Assembly (NCBI GenBank): GCA_964560145.1
Contig: CAZLKS010000002.1
Location: forward strand, 1 to 48,532
From: an uncultured Candidatus Saccharibacteria bacterium
Lineage (GTDB): Bacteria > Patescibacteriota > Minisyncoccia > UBA6257 > 1-14-0-10-44-23
Direction: 5' to 3'
DNA length: 48,532 nucleotides
Part shown: positions 27,920-35,502 of the stretch, piece after piece
Layout: every line of letters begins with the position of its first letter
How positions within the stretch are numbered: the stretch's first letter is position 1
Position numbers and translations under genes: made by a program
The notes under the pieces: generated by a model
What the model was told of the DNA's origin: nothing
Seen by the model: only the letters and a program-made list of their open reading frames with translations
The model's database searches: none

Positions 27920-27955
27920 CCCTATTTACCTATTCGTACGAATAGGTAAATAGGG
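27920..27955. promoter_or_regulatory. Perfect 36-bp palindrome (candidate operator) upstream of the ydeI-like gene
   Basis: ccctatttacctattcgt|acgaataggtaaataggg is exactly self-complementary. It ends about 15 nt before an extended -10 (tgcTAGAAT, 27971..27979) that sits 6 nt before the ATG at 27986. A 21-nt identical copy lies at 48433..48453. Confidence 0.6.
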
Positions 27956-27985
27956 TGGAACTCGGGGAAATGCTAGAATAGCCCT

Positions 27986-28237
27986 ATGGCCAAGCAACAG
28001 CTCGCTGGTGGGACGATTCACAAACTACCCGCAGACCTACAAAAGGCGCTTATTGGATTAGCCACCGTGCAAGCGCTCTGGAAAGACATCACTCCCCTCG
28101 CCAGAAATGAGTGGATTTGTTGGATTACCTCCGGCAAAAAAGCAGAAACGAGAAGCATCCGCATAAAGAAGGCTCTTTCAAAACTCAAGAGTGGTATGCG
28201 CAGACCCTGCTGTTGGGCAGGATGCACTCACCGCTAG
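27986..28237 (+). CDS. YdeI/OmpD-associated family protein
   Basis: ..ARNEWICWITSGKKAETRSIRIKKALSKLKSGMRRPCCWAGCTHR is the typical YdeI C-terminal signature. Confidence 0.8.
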   Translation: MAKQQLAGGTIHKLPADLQKALIGLATVQALWKDITPLARNEWICWITSGKKAETRSIRIKKALSKLKSGMRRPCCWAGCTHR

Positions 28238-28297
28238 AATAGCCAAATCATACACTGGGTCAGCGATAACCAATCCACTCGCCGCCGAAATCAAAAT

Positions 28298-28543
28298 TTA
28301 CTGCGCGGTCTTCTTCCAGCGCGGGGCGAAAAGACGAATCAGTAAAATAAAGAACTTCGCCTTCCACTTTGGAATATGATGCTCTGTCGTCATGCCCTTG
28401 TAACACATATCCAAAAACTCCTGCTTTGTCCCTTTGAAACAAAAATCCCCGTTCTGCCAGCACAAACTGCAATACTTCTCACTCGTCCGATTTCCTGGAT
28501 CCTGATTAAATGGCAACAAGCACGATTCGCATTGGTTTTTCAT
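28298..28543 (-). CDS. Zinc-ribbon domain protein
   Basis: CESC..17 aa..CSLC followed by a short helical domain. Confidence 0.65.
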   Translation of the reverse strand: MKNQCESCLLPFNQDPGNRTSEKYCSLCWQNGDFCFKGTKQEFLDMCYKGMTTEHHIPKWKAKFFILLIRLFAPRWKKTAQ

Positions 28544-28565
28544 ATGGAAATTATATCATAGGCGT

Positions 28566-28609
28566 TAAAAACACGAAGGCCCCAGGGCGACCTTCGGTCA
28601 ACTGGGGCC
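28566..28609 (-). terminator. Intrinsic terminator of island-b gene
   Basis: On the minus strand: ggccccag-(gacc gaa ggtc nested)-ctggggcc followed by ttcgtgttttt. Confidence 0.65.
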
Positions 28610-28613
28610 AGGG

Positions 28614-29144
28614 CTACGGCTGCCTGACAGCGGAGAAGCGATCAGCTAGGAACCTGTCCTTCTCGTCTCCGTAGGGGTCAACGAGAGGAGTCATGGTCAA
28701 GCGAACACCATTATTGGAACAGTAGACCTCTTGCGTCGTCGCTGTCGGGATGACGGTGCAACGACACGAGAGCACCTGTCCAGCTGCCACCAGCTCGCGT
28801 ACCACCGTATCGAGCCCCTGGACATACCCCATGGCGGCTTGGCTGATGTACGAAGGCTGATACCTATGGCGACCTAGCCTTCGGATGAGAACACTCTCCA
28901 TGGCAGAGGTGGCAAAGTACATCTCATCTCCGTCCTGGAGCGCGGACTCACTCGGCCCGCGGTAGATGAGGTGCCTGGGCTGTCCAGGGACCGACAGCGC
29001 CATGAACATCTCACAGTCCAAGGCGGCGAAGCAACTCTCAATCGCCTCGACGAGCTTGACCGGCAGAGTGTTCCGGCGATGCATCGGAAGCTGACATGCT
29101 CCCATCTGACTTCCTTTCCGACCAGCACACTGTGCCAGTACCAT
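28614..29144 (-). CDS. Hypothetical protein, G+C-rich (island b)
   Basis: This is the only long ORF with high GC3 in the G+C-rich patch. The promoter-like TTGATT-17-TAGGAT lies on the minus strand at 29176..29148. The ATG at 29105 (preceded by GGAAAGGAAG) may be the true start, because the ATG at 29144 sits only 3 nt after the -10. Confidence 0.55.
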   Translation of the reverse strand: MVLAQCAGRKGSQMGACQLPMHRRNTLPVKLVEAIESCFAALDCEMFMALSVPGQPRHLIYRGPSESALQDGDEMYFATSAMESVLIRRLGRHRYQPSYISQAAMGYVQGLDTVVRELVAAGQVLSCRCTVIPTATTQEVYCSNNGVRLTMTPLVDPYGDEKDRFLADRFSAVRQP

Positions 29145-29275
29145 TCCATCCTACCCTTTTCATTTGATTAAATCAATAAAATCTGGTATTTTAAGGTAAT
29201 CGCAGAATAAGGGAACGAAATCCCTCCCCGCCTATGGGCGGTACTCCCTTTAGGAAAGGGAGAATAAGACGGGGT

Positions 29276-29302
29276 GGATTCCGGCTCATAGGCCGGAATG
29301 AC
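29276..29302 (-). repeat. Small hairpin element of the GTCATYC...GAAnnATCC type (copy 3, minimal)
   Basis: The minus strand reads gtcattccggcc-tatgag-ccggaatcc. It is part of a run of four short hairpins at 29212..29302, upstream of infB. Confidence 0.4.
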
Positions 29303-29310
29303 AAGAAAAT

Positions 29311-30759
29311 ATGACTACTTCTTCAAACAAAAACAAACGGCCGCCAGTTGTTGTCGTCATGGGTCACGTTGACCATGGCAAGACAACGCTACTCGACTAC
29401 ATTCGTAAATCAAACACCGCAGCTCGTGAGGCTGGCGGTATTACGCAGGCCGTCGGAGCATACACCATTAGTCATGATGGCCAAGCAATCACCTTCATCG
29501 ACACCCCAGGACATGAGGCTTTTTCAAAGATGCGTGCTCGTGGCGCGACCATCGCCGACATTGCCATTCTCGTGGTTGCCGCCGATGATGGTGTGAGCGC
29601 ACAAACGAAAGAAGCTATAAAGACTATCACCGATGCCAAGCTAAACTATATCGTCGCTATCAACAAAATCGATATCGCCGGTGCCAACATCGAAAAAACC
29701 AAGTCCTCTCTTTTGCAAGCTGGCGTACTTCTCGAAGGTATGGGTGGCGACATTAGTTTCCAGGCCGTCTCAGCCAAAACCGGCGAAGGTGTTAGTGAGC
29801 TACTAGAACTCATCAGCTTAACCGCCGACGTTAACGACCTCACCTGTGACACAACCGAACCAGCCGAAGGTTTTGTGCTTGAGGCACACATGGGCAGTGG
29901 TGGTGGCACCGTTACCGTCGTCATTAAGAATGGCACCTTGCGTGTTGGCGACGAGATTGCAACTCCGACAGCCAAAGGGCGAGTTAAAGGATTAAAAGAC
30001 TTCGAGGGCAAGATGGCCAAAGAGCTGACCCCGTGTAGTCCAGCTGTTATCCTAGGATTCGAAGCACTCCCCTCTGTCGGCGACCCATTCGCCTGTGGTT
30101 CAAAAATCGCCAGCCTGCCAAAGCCAAAAGCAGCCAGTGCTGTACAAGGTGGTGCAGCCGTAATCGCCGGCAAAACGAAAATGAACTTGATTCTCAAAGC
30201 TGGCGTAGCTGGTGCACTCGAAGCCTTGTCTGACGCCGTAAAGAAACTCAAGGTACCAGACAACACCAACCTCGTCGTTGCCAGCGAAGGTGTTGGCGAT
30301 ATCACCGATGGCGACGTGAAACAAGCCTCGACTTTAAACGGCATCATCATCGGATTCAAGGTGAAGTCCACGCCAGCTGCTAAAACGCTCATCACCGCCA
30401 AACACGTTAAGGTCTTTCAATCCGACATCATCTACGAACTCCTTGAATCAGTCGAAACCGAGCTCAGCGGTAAAAAGAAATTGATGATTGCCGCTGAACT
30501 AGAAATTCTGGCCGTCTTCGACCAAAAGAATAACGGCGCTCAAATTATCGGAGGTAAAGTATTGACTGGTGAGCTCCGCAACCAGAGTGAAGTCGAAATT
30601 CACCGCAAAGGACTGCAAGTCGGAACCGGCAAGATAACCAATCTGCAGCAGTCGAAGAAAGATGCCGCGACAGTTGCTGAAGGTCTCGAATGCGGAATGC
30701 TCTTTAGTTCCTCAATTCTCGTCGTCAAAGGTGACCACCTCATTTCTCGCCCTTTGTAG
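29311..30759 (+). CDS. infB: Translation initiation factor IF-2, minimal form starting at the G domain
   Basis: [25 protein letters not shown] and NKID. The C-terminal domains are present, but there is no N-terminal extension (482 aa). Confidence 0.9.
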   Translation: MTTSSNKNKRPPVVVVMGHVDHGKTTLLDYIRKSNTAAREAGGITQAVGAYTISHDGQAITFIDTPGHEAFSKMRARGATIADIAILVVAADDGVSAQTKEAIKTITDAKLNYIVAINKIDIAGANIEKTKSSLLQAGVLLEGMGGDISFQAVSAKTGEGVSELLELISLTADVNDLTCDTTEPAEGFVLEAHMGSGGGTVTVVIKNGTLRVGDEIATPTAKGRVKGLKDFEGKMAKELTPCSPAVILGFEALPSVGDPFACGSKIASLPKPKAASAVQGGAAVIAGKTKMNLILKAGVAGALEALSDAVKKLKVPDNTNLVVASEGVGDITDGDVKQASTLNGIIIGFKVKSTPAAKTLITAKHVKVFQSDIIYELLESVETELSGKKKLMIAAELEILAVFDQKNNGAQIIGGKVLTGELRNQSEVEIHRKGLQVGTGKITNLQQSKKDAATVAEGLECGMLFSSSILVVKGDHLISRPL

Positions 30760-30785
30760 GCCGAGAAATGAGTGAGTAGAGTATA

Positions 30786-30801
30786 GTTGGTAGTGAGTAG
30801 T
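30786..30801. repeat. Left inverted repeat flanking the four-helix-bundle gene
   Basis: gttggtagtgagtagt matches 15 of 16 positions of the reverse complement of 31207..31222. Its last 12 nt are the exact reverse complement of 31193..31204. Confidence 0.6.
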
Positions 30802-30808
30802 AAAATAC

Positions 30809-31168
30809 ATGGAAACAATACAGTCGTATAAAGATTTGCTCGTTTGGCAGAAAGGCATGTCGCTAACGAAAGAGATCTATCAGCTCACATCACAGCTTCC
30901 AAGAGACGAACAATACGGACTAATTTCACAAATGCGTCGTGCTGCAATATCGGTTCCCTGTAATATAGCCGAAGGTAGCCGGCGTAGCTCAAAAAAAGAT
31001 TTCCGTAACTTTATTCTCATAGCGTATGGTTCCGGGGCCGAGTTAGAAACGCAACTTGAACTCGTAAAAGTACTCGGTCTAATCGCAGAAGAAAAAACTA
31101 AGGCATCAGAAAAGATACTAGACGAGGTAATGCGAATGTTAAACTCTTTTGAAAAAAGTCTCTTATGA
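30809..31168 (+). CDS. Four-helix-bundle protein (23S rRNA intervening-sequence protein / Avd-like family)
   Basis: YKDLLVWQKGMSLTKEIYQLT..LPRDEQYGLISQMRRAAISVPCNIAEGS.R.S.KDF..F..IAYGSGAELETQL is the family signature. Confidence 0.9.
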   Translation: METIQSYKDLLVWQKGMSLTKEIYQLTSQLPRDEQYGLISQMRRAAISVPCNIAEGSRRSSKKDFRNFILIAYGSGAELETQLELVKVLGLIAEEKTKASEKILDEVMRMLNSFEKSLL

Positions 31169-31192
31169 TCTAAGTCCTGCCTCTCTTTCCCC

Positions 31193-31222
31193 ACTACTCA
31201 CTACAAACTACTCACCACCAAC
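31193..31222. repeat. Right inverted repeat(s) flanking the four-helix-bundle gene
   Basis: actactcactac (31193..31204) and actactcaccaccaac (31207..31222), followed by low-complexity caactat/caaacta repeats up to about 31270. Confidence 0.6.
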
Positions 31223-31273
31223 CCCCCCTTCCCCCACTATCAACTATCAACTACAAACTATTCACTTCCCCTT

Positions 31274-31648
31274 ATGGAACACGCACCAAAGCCCTACAAA
31301 AGAAATGTTCGTGTCAGTGAGCTTGTTCGTAACGAGCTGGCGAAACTCGTCCTGCGCGACGTCGAACTCACCGGTGGCATCATCACCATCATGGACGTTG
31401 ATGTGACCGAGAAGCTCGATTACGCTCGCGTAAAAGTAAGCGTCCTCCCCTCCGCTAAGTCCAAAGAAGCACTCGGCTTGCTCCAAAATGCCGCCGGCCG
31501 GTTGCAGCACGACCTGCTGAGAAAAATAAACATCAAACCGATGCCATACTTACAATTCATGATTGATGACGGCGTAGAAGCAGCCGCCAAGCTCGAAAAA
31601 GTCTTTATTGAAGGCGAAAAGGAGGGACTGATTGAAAAATCCGAATAA
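31274..31648 (+). CDS. rbfA: Ribosome-binding factor A
   Basis: RVSELVRNELAKLV.. ..IITIMDVDVT.DL..A.V.VSVL is an RbfA KH-like pattern, in the canonical position after infB. Confidence 0.85.
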   Translation: MEHAPKPYKRNVRVSELVRNELAKLVLRDVELTGGIITIMDVDVTEKLDYARVKVSVLPSAKSKEALGLLQNAAGRLQHDLLRKINIKPMPYLQFMIDDGVEAAAKLEKVFIEGEKEGLIEKSE

Positions 31649-31668
31649 AATCGGTATCCTTTCTAAAC

Positions 31669-31742
31669 GGCGCAGTGGTGAAGTAGTCTAACACCGCGGT
31701 CTGCAAAACCGCTATTCGTGGGTGCAAATCCCACCTGCGCCT
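31669..31742 (+). tRNA. tRNA-Cys, anticodon GCA (non-canonical D and T loops)
   Basis: Acceptor GGCGCAG/CTGCGCC, anticodon stem GCGGT/ACCGC with loop CTGCAAA, T-arm GTGGG-TGCAAAT-CCCAC, discriminator U73 (a Cys identity element). The D-loop lacks an obvious GG, and the T-loop reads TGC rather than TTC. Confidence 0.8.
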
Positions 31743-31774
31743 CAATGGTTCGCTCTTAGCGGCCAGAAATATCT

Positions 31775-31858
31775 GCCCGGGTGGCGAAATTGGTATACGC
31801 AGGAGACTTAAGATCTCCCGCTCGCAAGAGCGTGCCGGTTCGAGTCCGGCCCTGGGCA
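31775..31858 (+). tRNA. tRNA-Leu, anticodon UAA
   Basis: Acceptor GCCCGGG/CCTGGGC, anticodon stem GGAGA/TCTCC with loop CTTAAGA, a long variable arm, T-arm GCCGG-TTCGAGT-CCGGC, discriminator A. Confidence 0.9.
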
Positions 31859-31929
31859 CAATTTGGAGAAATCAGAGAACACCGAAATCCATTGGCTCCA
31901 CCACATTATTATTAAAAAGCTCTCATTCT

Positions 31930-32622
31930 ATGAAAAATGATCAAATAATGACTAATCGATTTCGACCGAGTCGCGGAATACTTTTAGGGGGAATCGTTTT
32001 GATTTTATGCTCGATAATTGCTTGGAACTTTTTTCCCCTCAGCCTTAGCGGAGACGTCGTAATGAAGAATCCAAATGGTAAACTCGTGCCTGATGCAAGC
32101 AACCAAGCGGCCCCGTCACAACCGCAGCAAGTTGCAATCGGAGACTCATCAAGCGACTGGCTCACCGAGACTGACACAACTCAAGGCATCACCTTTAAGT
32201 ACCCAAAAGACATCTCACTATTTCATTCGCTCTATGTGCGTGACGCAAAATTCCCGTGGCCCCCACGCATTATAATAAGAAATGAAAACTTTACGTGTGC
32301 GGCTAAATCACTATCGCCAAGTAATCACATTACCGTGACACCGAAAAACGTAAACGGTCATACCTATTGCGTTAGCAGATCGACTGAAGGTGCTGCCGGA
32401 TCGACCTACGAAACGTATAACTACACAACGATGGTTGCCGGTAAATCAGTAACCGCAAGCTTCATAATGTTCGGCCCAACGAATTGCAGCGTTTACGACA
32501 ACGGCACTGGAAATGCTCCCGATAACCAGACATTCAATTCCTGCCAAAAAGAGCTTTCAACCTATAGCACTGATTTAGACAACCTAATTGCCGCAATGAT
32601 GCAGAGCGTTACATTCAACTAA
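31930..32622 (+). CDS. Hypothetical membrane-anchored or secreted protein
   Basis: 230 aa with one N-terminal TM helix. No family recognised. Confidence 0.5.
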   Translation: MKNDQIMTNRFRPSRGILLGGIVLILCSIIAWNFFPLSLSGDVVMKNPNGKLVPDASNQAAPSQPQQVAIGDSSSDWLTETDTTQGITFKYPKDISLFHSLYVRDAKFPWPPRIIIRNENFTCAAKSLSPSNHITVTPKNVNGHTYCVSRSTEGAAGSTYETYNYTTMVAGKSVTASFIMFGPTNCSVYDNGTGNAPDNQTFNSCQKELSTYSTDLDNLIAAMMQSVTFN

Positions 32623-32722
32623 TCGATATCTGTACTATCAATACAGTAAACACTATGTGGATGTTCTTATTGGGTCTCGTACGTGGCGACTTTCCGAAGT
32701 AGATACGGATTTTTCGTTCCCT

Positions 32723-32769
32723 GTCATTGCGAGTACCTGCCTACCGTACAGGCAGGCTCGAAGCAATCC
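32723..32769 (+). repeat. Small hairpin element of the GTCATYC...GAAnnATCC type (copy 4)
   Basis: gtcattgcgag-tacctgcctaccgtacaggcagg-ctcgaagcaatcc, a nested hairpin. Confidence 0.45.
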
Positions 32770-32838
32770 AGAGTAATTTTAAATTGTATCGGATTGCTGC
32801 GGAACACCTTGCAACGACAAGTACATTAACCTATCTCT

Positions 32839-33525
32839 ATGACCAAATTACTCTACTTAGAAAACTGGAATCTACTCACTGGCGAAGCGAAAGTTACCGA
32901 AGTCACGACGTACAAAGAAAAACAAGCCATCGTTCTCGACCAGACCATCTTCTATCCCCAAGGTGGCGGACAACCCTGGGACACCGGCAGTATCATAAAA
33001 AATGCGAACGCGGGCTTCATGATAACCGAGGTGCGGTTTGAGAATGGAGTCGTGTATCATATCGGCACAATGACTGGCGACATCAAATCTGGCGACACGG
33101 TCACCTGCTCAGTTGATGAGCCGCGGCGTAAACTACACTCGCGATTACACTCTGCAGGTCACGTCATTGATATGGCGGTTCGACAGCTTGGGCTGGATTG
33201 GAAGCCGGGCAAAGGCTACCACTTCCCAGAAGGGCCGTATATTGAATACGCCGGCGTTCTGGACGAATCAACGAAAGAGAACTTAAAGACAGAGATTGAA
33301 CGAATCTCAAACGAGATTATTCAAAAGAATATTCCCGTCACCATAAGATTCATCTCAGATCAAATCGTAAACGGCAAACCAGCACGGGTTGTAATGTATG
33401 GTGACTTTTCTGTCCCCTGTGGGGGCACGCACGTCAATGTGCTTGGTGAAATTGGGCAACTCACCATTCGTAAGATTAAACAGGACAAAGACGCCGTTCG
33501 TATATCCTACGACGTGAGTCGATAA
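32839..33525 (+). CDS. Alanyl-tRNA editing protein AlaX (free-standing AlaRS editing domain)
   Basis: QTIFYPQGGGQP.D.G, HSAGH and CGGTH zinc and editing-site motifs. Confidence 0.85.
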   Translation: MTKLLYLENWNLLTGEAKVTEVTTYKEKQAIVLDQTIFYPQGGGQPWDTGSIIKNANAGFMITEVRFENGVVYHIGTMTGDIKSGDTVTCSVDEPRRKLHSRLHSAGHVIDMAVRQLGLDWKPGKGYHFPEGPYIEYAGVLDESTKENLKTEIERISNEIIQKNIPVTIRFISDQIVNGKPARVVMYGDFSVPCGGTHVNVLGEIGQLTIRKIKQDKDAVRISYDVSR

Positions 33526-33578
33526 AAAGAACGCAGGAGCTCACTAAAACAGCAGGTTGCCAGTTACGCAAAAAGCCC

Positions 33579-34670
33579 TTATCGATTAAGGGCTTTTTGC
33601 TCTGGAGTCAAGGTTTTATGAAAATCTTTCTTTGATTCGTAAGCAAGACAACTCCAGAGAACTGACTTACTCTCCGATCCCGAACAATGACTAAAGAAAT
33701 CAATCAGCGAATTAGAATCCTCATATTGAGAATACGGCGAAATAGCCACCCTCTCTCCCTCAATCTTTCTGAAATTTCCATACTCGTCGATGCCACCCCG
33801 ATAAACAACATAGGGATACGCCGATTCTAGCTTTTCTTTAAGAGGTAGATGAGGTGGTACCTGGTCAAAGGGGCCGTCATAATGATCGTTCGCGTAGACT
33901 GAAAATGCGGAAACGCCGACTAATAGCCTTCGTTGGTACTGCTCATCGAGAAAATAGATAAATCCTGTCTTATCTCCTTTAGCAAAGGAACTTACCGGAC
34001 GAGTCGTCATCTCGACTGGAGTCTCGTCCTCGTTGACCACGTAATAGAATGAGGCAGTACGGCGATTATAAATCAGTAGGAACTTAACGCCGGATTCGTC
34101 AAATATGCGGGTTACGAACTCCTCTTCCGGTAGCAGTTTGAAGCCCAAAGGAAGACCGAGTGCGGCTGGTAAAACAAAACGCACTGTCTTCGTCTCGTAT
34201 GAAACATCAAAGACGCCGTCTTCGACCTGCTTGATTAATACACCGTCCGGGACCCCTAAATCAGCGCTCCAGCTCCGCCCCCCCGCGTCGTCTTTGATAA
34301 AATATCCTATATGGAGGATACCTTTCTCAGCATCCAGTAATCGTAAATTACCGGAGATTTCGACCCCACTAGGCATGCGAACATTATAGTAGTAATACGT
34401 TTCTGTGGGATACACAACCGCGAAGGTCGGCAGCTTTTTGAATATGTAAGAGAAAAAATCTTTTGGATGACTATATGAAACGGACTTGTCGCTATCTAGA
34501 AAAAGATTGTTTATTCCAAGCGAATAGCGACTTCGGACAGTATTCCATATGTCGGAGCCGGAAATTTCATATTGATTAAATCGGATATCCTCGGGGTAAG
34601 CAAAAAAGAATGGTACCGATAGACCAACTATGACGATTAGGCTAGCGATTTTTATAAGAACAATTCTCAT
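33579..34670 (-). CDS. Hypothetical secreted protein
   Basis: 363 aa with an N-terminal signal or TM segment. No family recognised. Hairpins flank it at 33570..33598 and 34681..34707. Confidence 0.5.
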   Translation of the reverse strand: MRIVLIKIASLIVIVGLSVPFFFAYPEDIRFNQYEISGSDIWNTVRSRYSLGINNLFLDSDKSVSYSHPKDFFSYIFKKLPTFAVVYPTETYYYYNVRMPSGVEISGNLRLLDAEKGILHIGYFIKDDAGGRSWSADLGVPDGVLIKQVEDGVFDVSYETKTVRFVLPAALGLPLGFKLLPEEEFVTRIFDESGVKFLLIYNRRTASFYYVVNEDETPVEMTTRPVSSFAKGDKTGFIYFLDEQYQRRLLVGVSAFSVYANDHYDGPFDQVPPHLPLKEKLESAYPYVVYRGGIDEYGNFRKIEGERVAISPYSQYEDSNSLIDFFSHCSGSESKSVLWSCLAYESKKDFHKTLTPEQKALNR

Positions 34671-34721
34671 ACATCAGGCCAAATGACGCCCTTACGGGCG
34701 TCATTTGACTTTGGGTGTCTA

Positions 34722-35420
34722 CTATAGCTGCGGACTAACCTTATCTCCTGGAAGTTTAGGTAAGGGGTCCGGCACTGTCGTCCCTCCATTATTCGCGGGT
34801 TTAGGCGGATTGGTATTGCTCATGTTGAGACTGTGGTTGGCGGGCCATTTCGTACCCTTCGGCCACCAGCGACTCAAATCGTACATATGACCTGCTGGCC
34901 AAGAGCTTGGATCGGAGTTTTCGCTCAAGTAGAGACTGTGGTTGGCGGGCCATTTCGTACCCTTCGGCCACCAGCGACTCAAATCGTACATATGACCTGC
35001 TGGCCAAGAGCTTGGATCGGAGTTTTCGCTCAAGTAGAGACTGTGGTTGGCGGGCCAACTACCAGTTCCATCTTTAGGCCACCAACGACTGAAATCGTAC
35101 ATATGACCTGCTGGCCACGAACCTTTGTTCGAATTATTACTGAGAGATGGTGCCAAGTCGCTTCCAAGCCCCGAAAAATTCGTTGGGTACATCCCAGCTG
35201 TATCAGGCACGGTAATCCTACTGACTGGCCGAGGTGCTGCTGCTTGCGATGAAGTGAATGTCGCTGAACGATTAGCTACGTAAACAATCCCGATTGCCAT
35301 ACCAAAGACGATGCCAACGATCGCCCAAGCATACCAGCCATGAATACGAGACGTTCCGACTATTTTGAAATCTCTCTGCAGACTACTTACAACTTTATCG
35401 CCTACGTTTAAATCAGGCAT
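34722..35420 (-). CDS. Membrane-anchored Trp-rich repeat protein
   Basis: N-terminal TM helix, then three 35-aa units SWPAGHMYD.SRWWPKGTKWPANHSLYLSENSDPS. Confidence 0.6.
   Translation of the reverse strand: MPDLNVGDKVVSSLQRDFKIVGTSRIHGWYAWAIVGIVFGMAIGIVYVANRSATFTSSQAAAPRPVSRITVPDTAGMYPTNFSGLGSDLAPSLSNNSNKGSWPAGHMYDFSRWWPKDGTGSWPANHSLYLSENSDPSSWPAGHMYDLSRWWPKGTKWPANHSLYLSENSDPSSWPAGHMYDLSRWWPKGTKWPANHSLNMSNTNPPKPANNGGTTVPDPLPKLPGDKVSPQL
34831..35145. repeat. 105-bp tandem repeat: two identical copies plus one diverged copy, in frame within the CDS
   Basis: 34831..34935 and 34936..35040 are identical by direct comparison. The third unit starts at 35041 and diverges after about 17 nt. Confidence 0.9.
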
Positions 35421-35502
35421 ATGTATTATTAATAATTATGAACATCACTGTTAAGTATAATTGATTGCATGGATAAGACAATGCTCCTTTGTACTCGAAT
35501 TT

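Noticed and set aside
29646-30401. 251-aa antisense ORF inside infB
   Set aside because: It lies entirely within a clearly conserved IF-2 coding region, and its Ala/Ser/Pro-rich composition matches a shadow ORF.
30809-31168. Diversity-generating retroelement, because of the Avd-like four-helix-bundle protein
   Set aside because: No reverse transcriptase ORF and no template/variable repeat pair are visible anywhere in the window.
34831-35145. CRISPR-like array
   Set aside because: The 105-bp units are directly abutting with no spacers, lie in frame within a CDS, and have no cas genes nearby. I saw no other regularly spaced repeats in the window.
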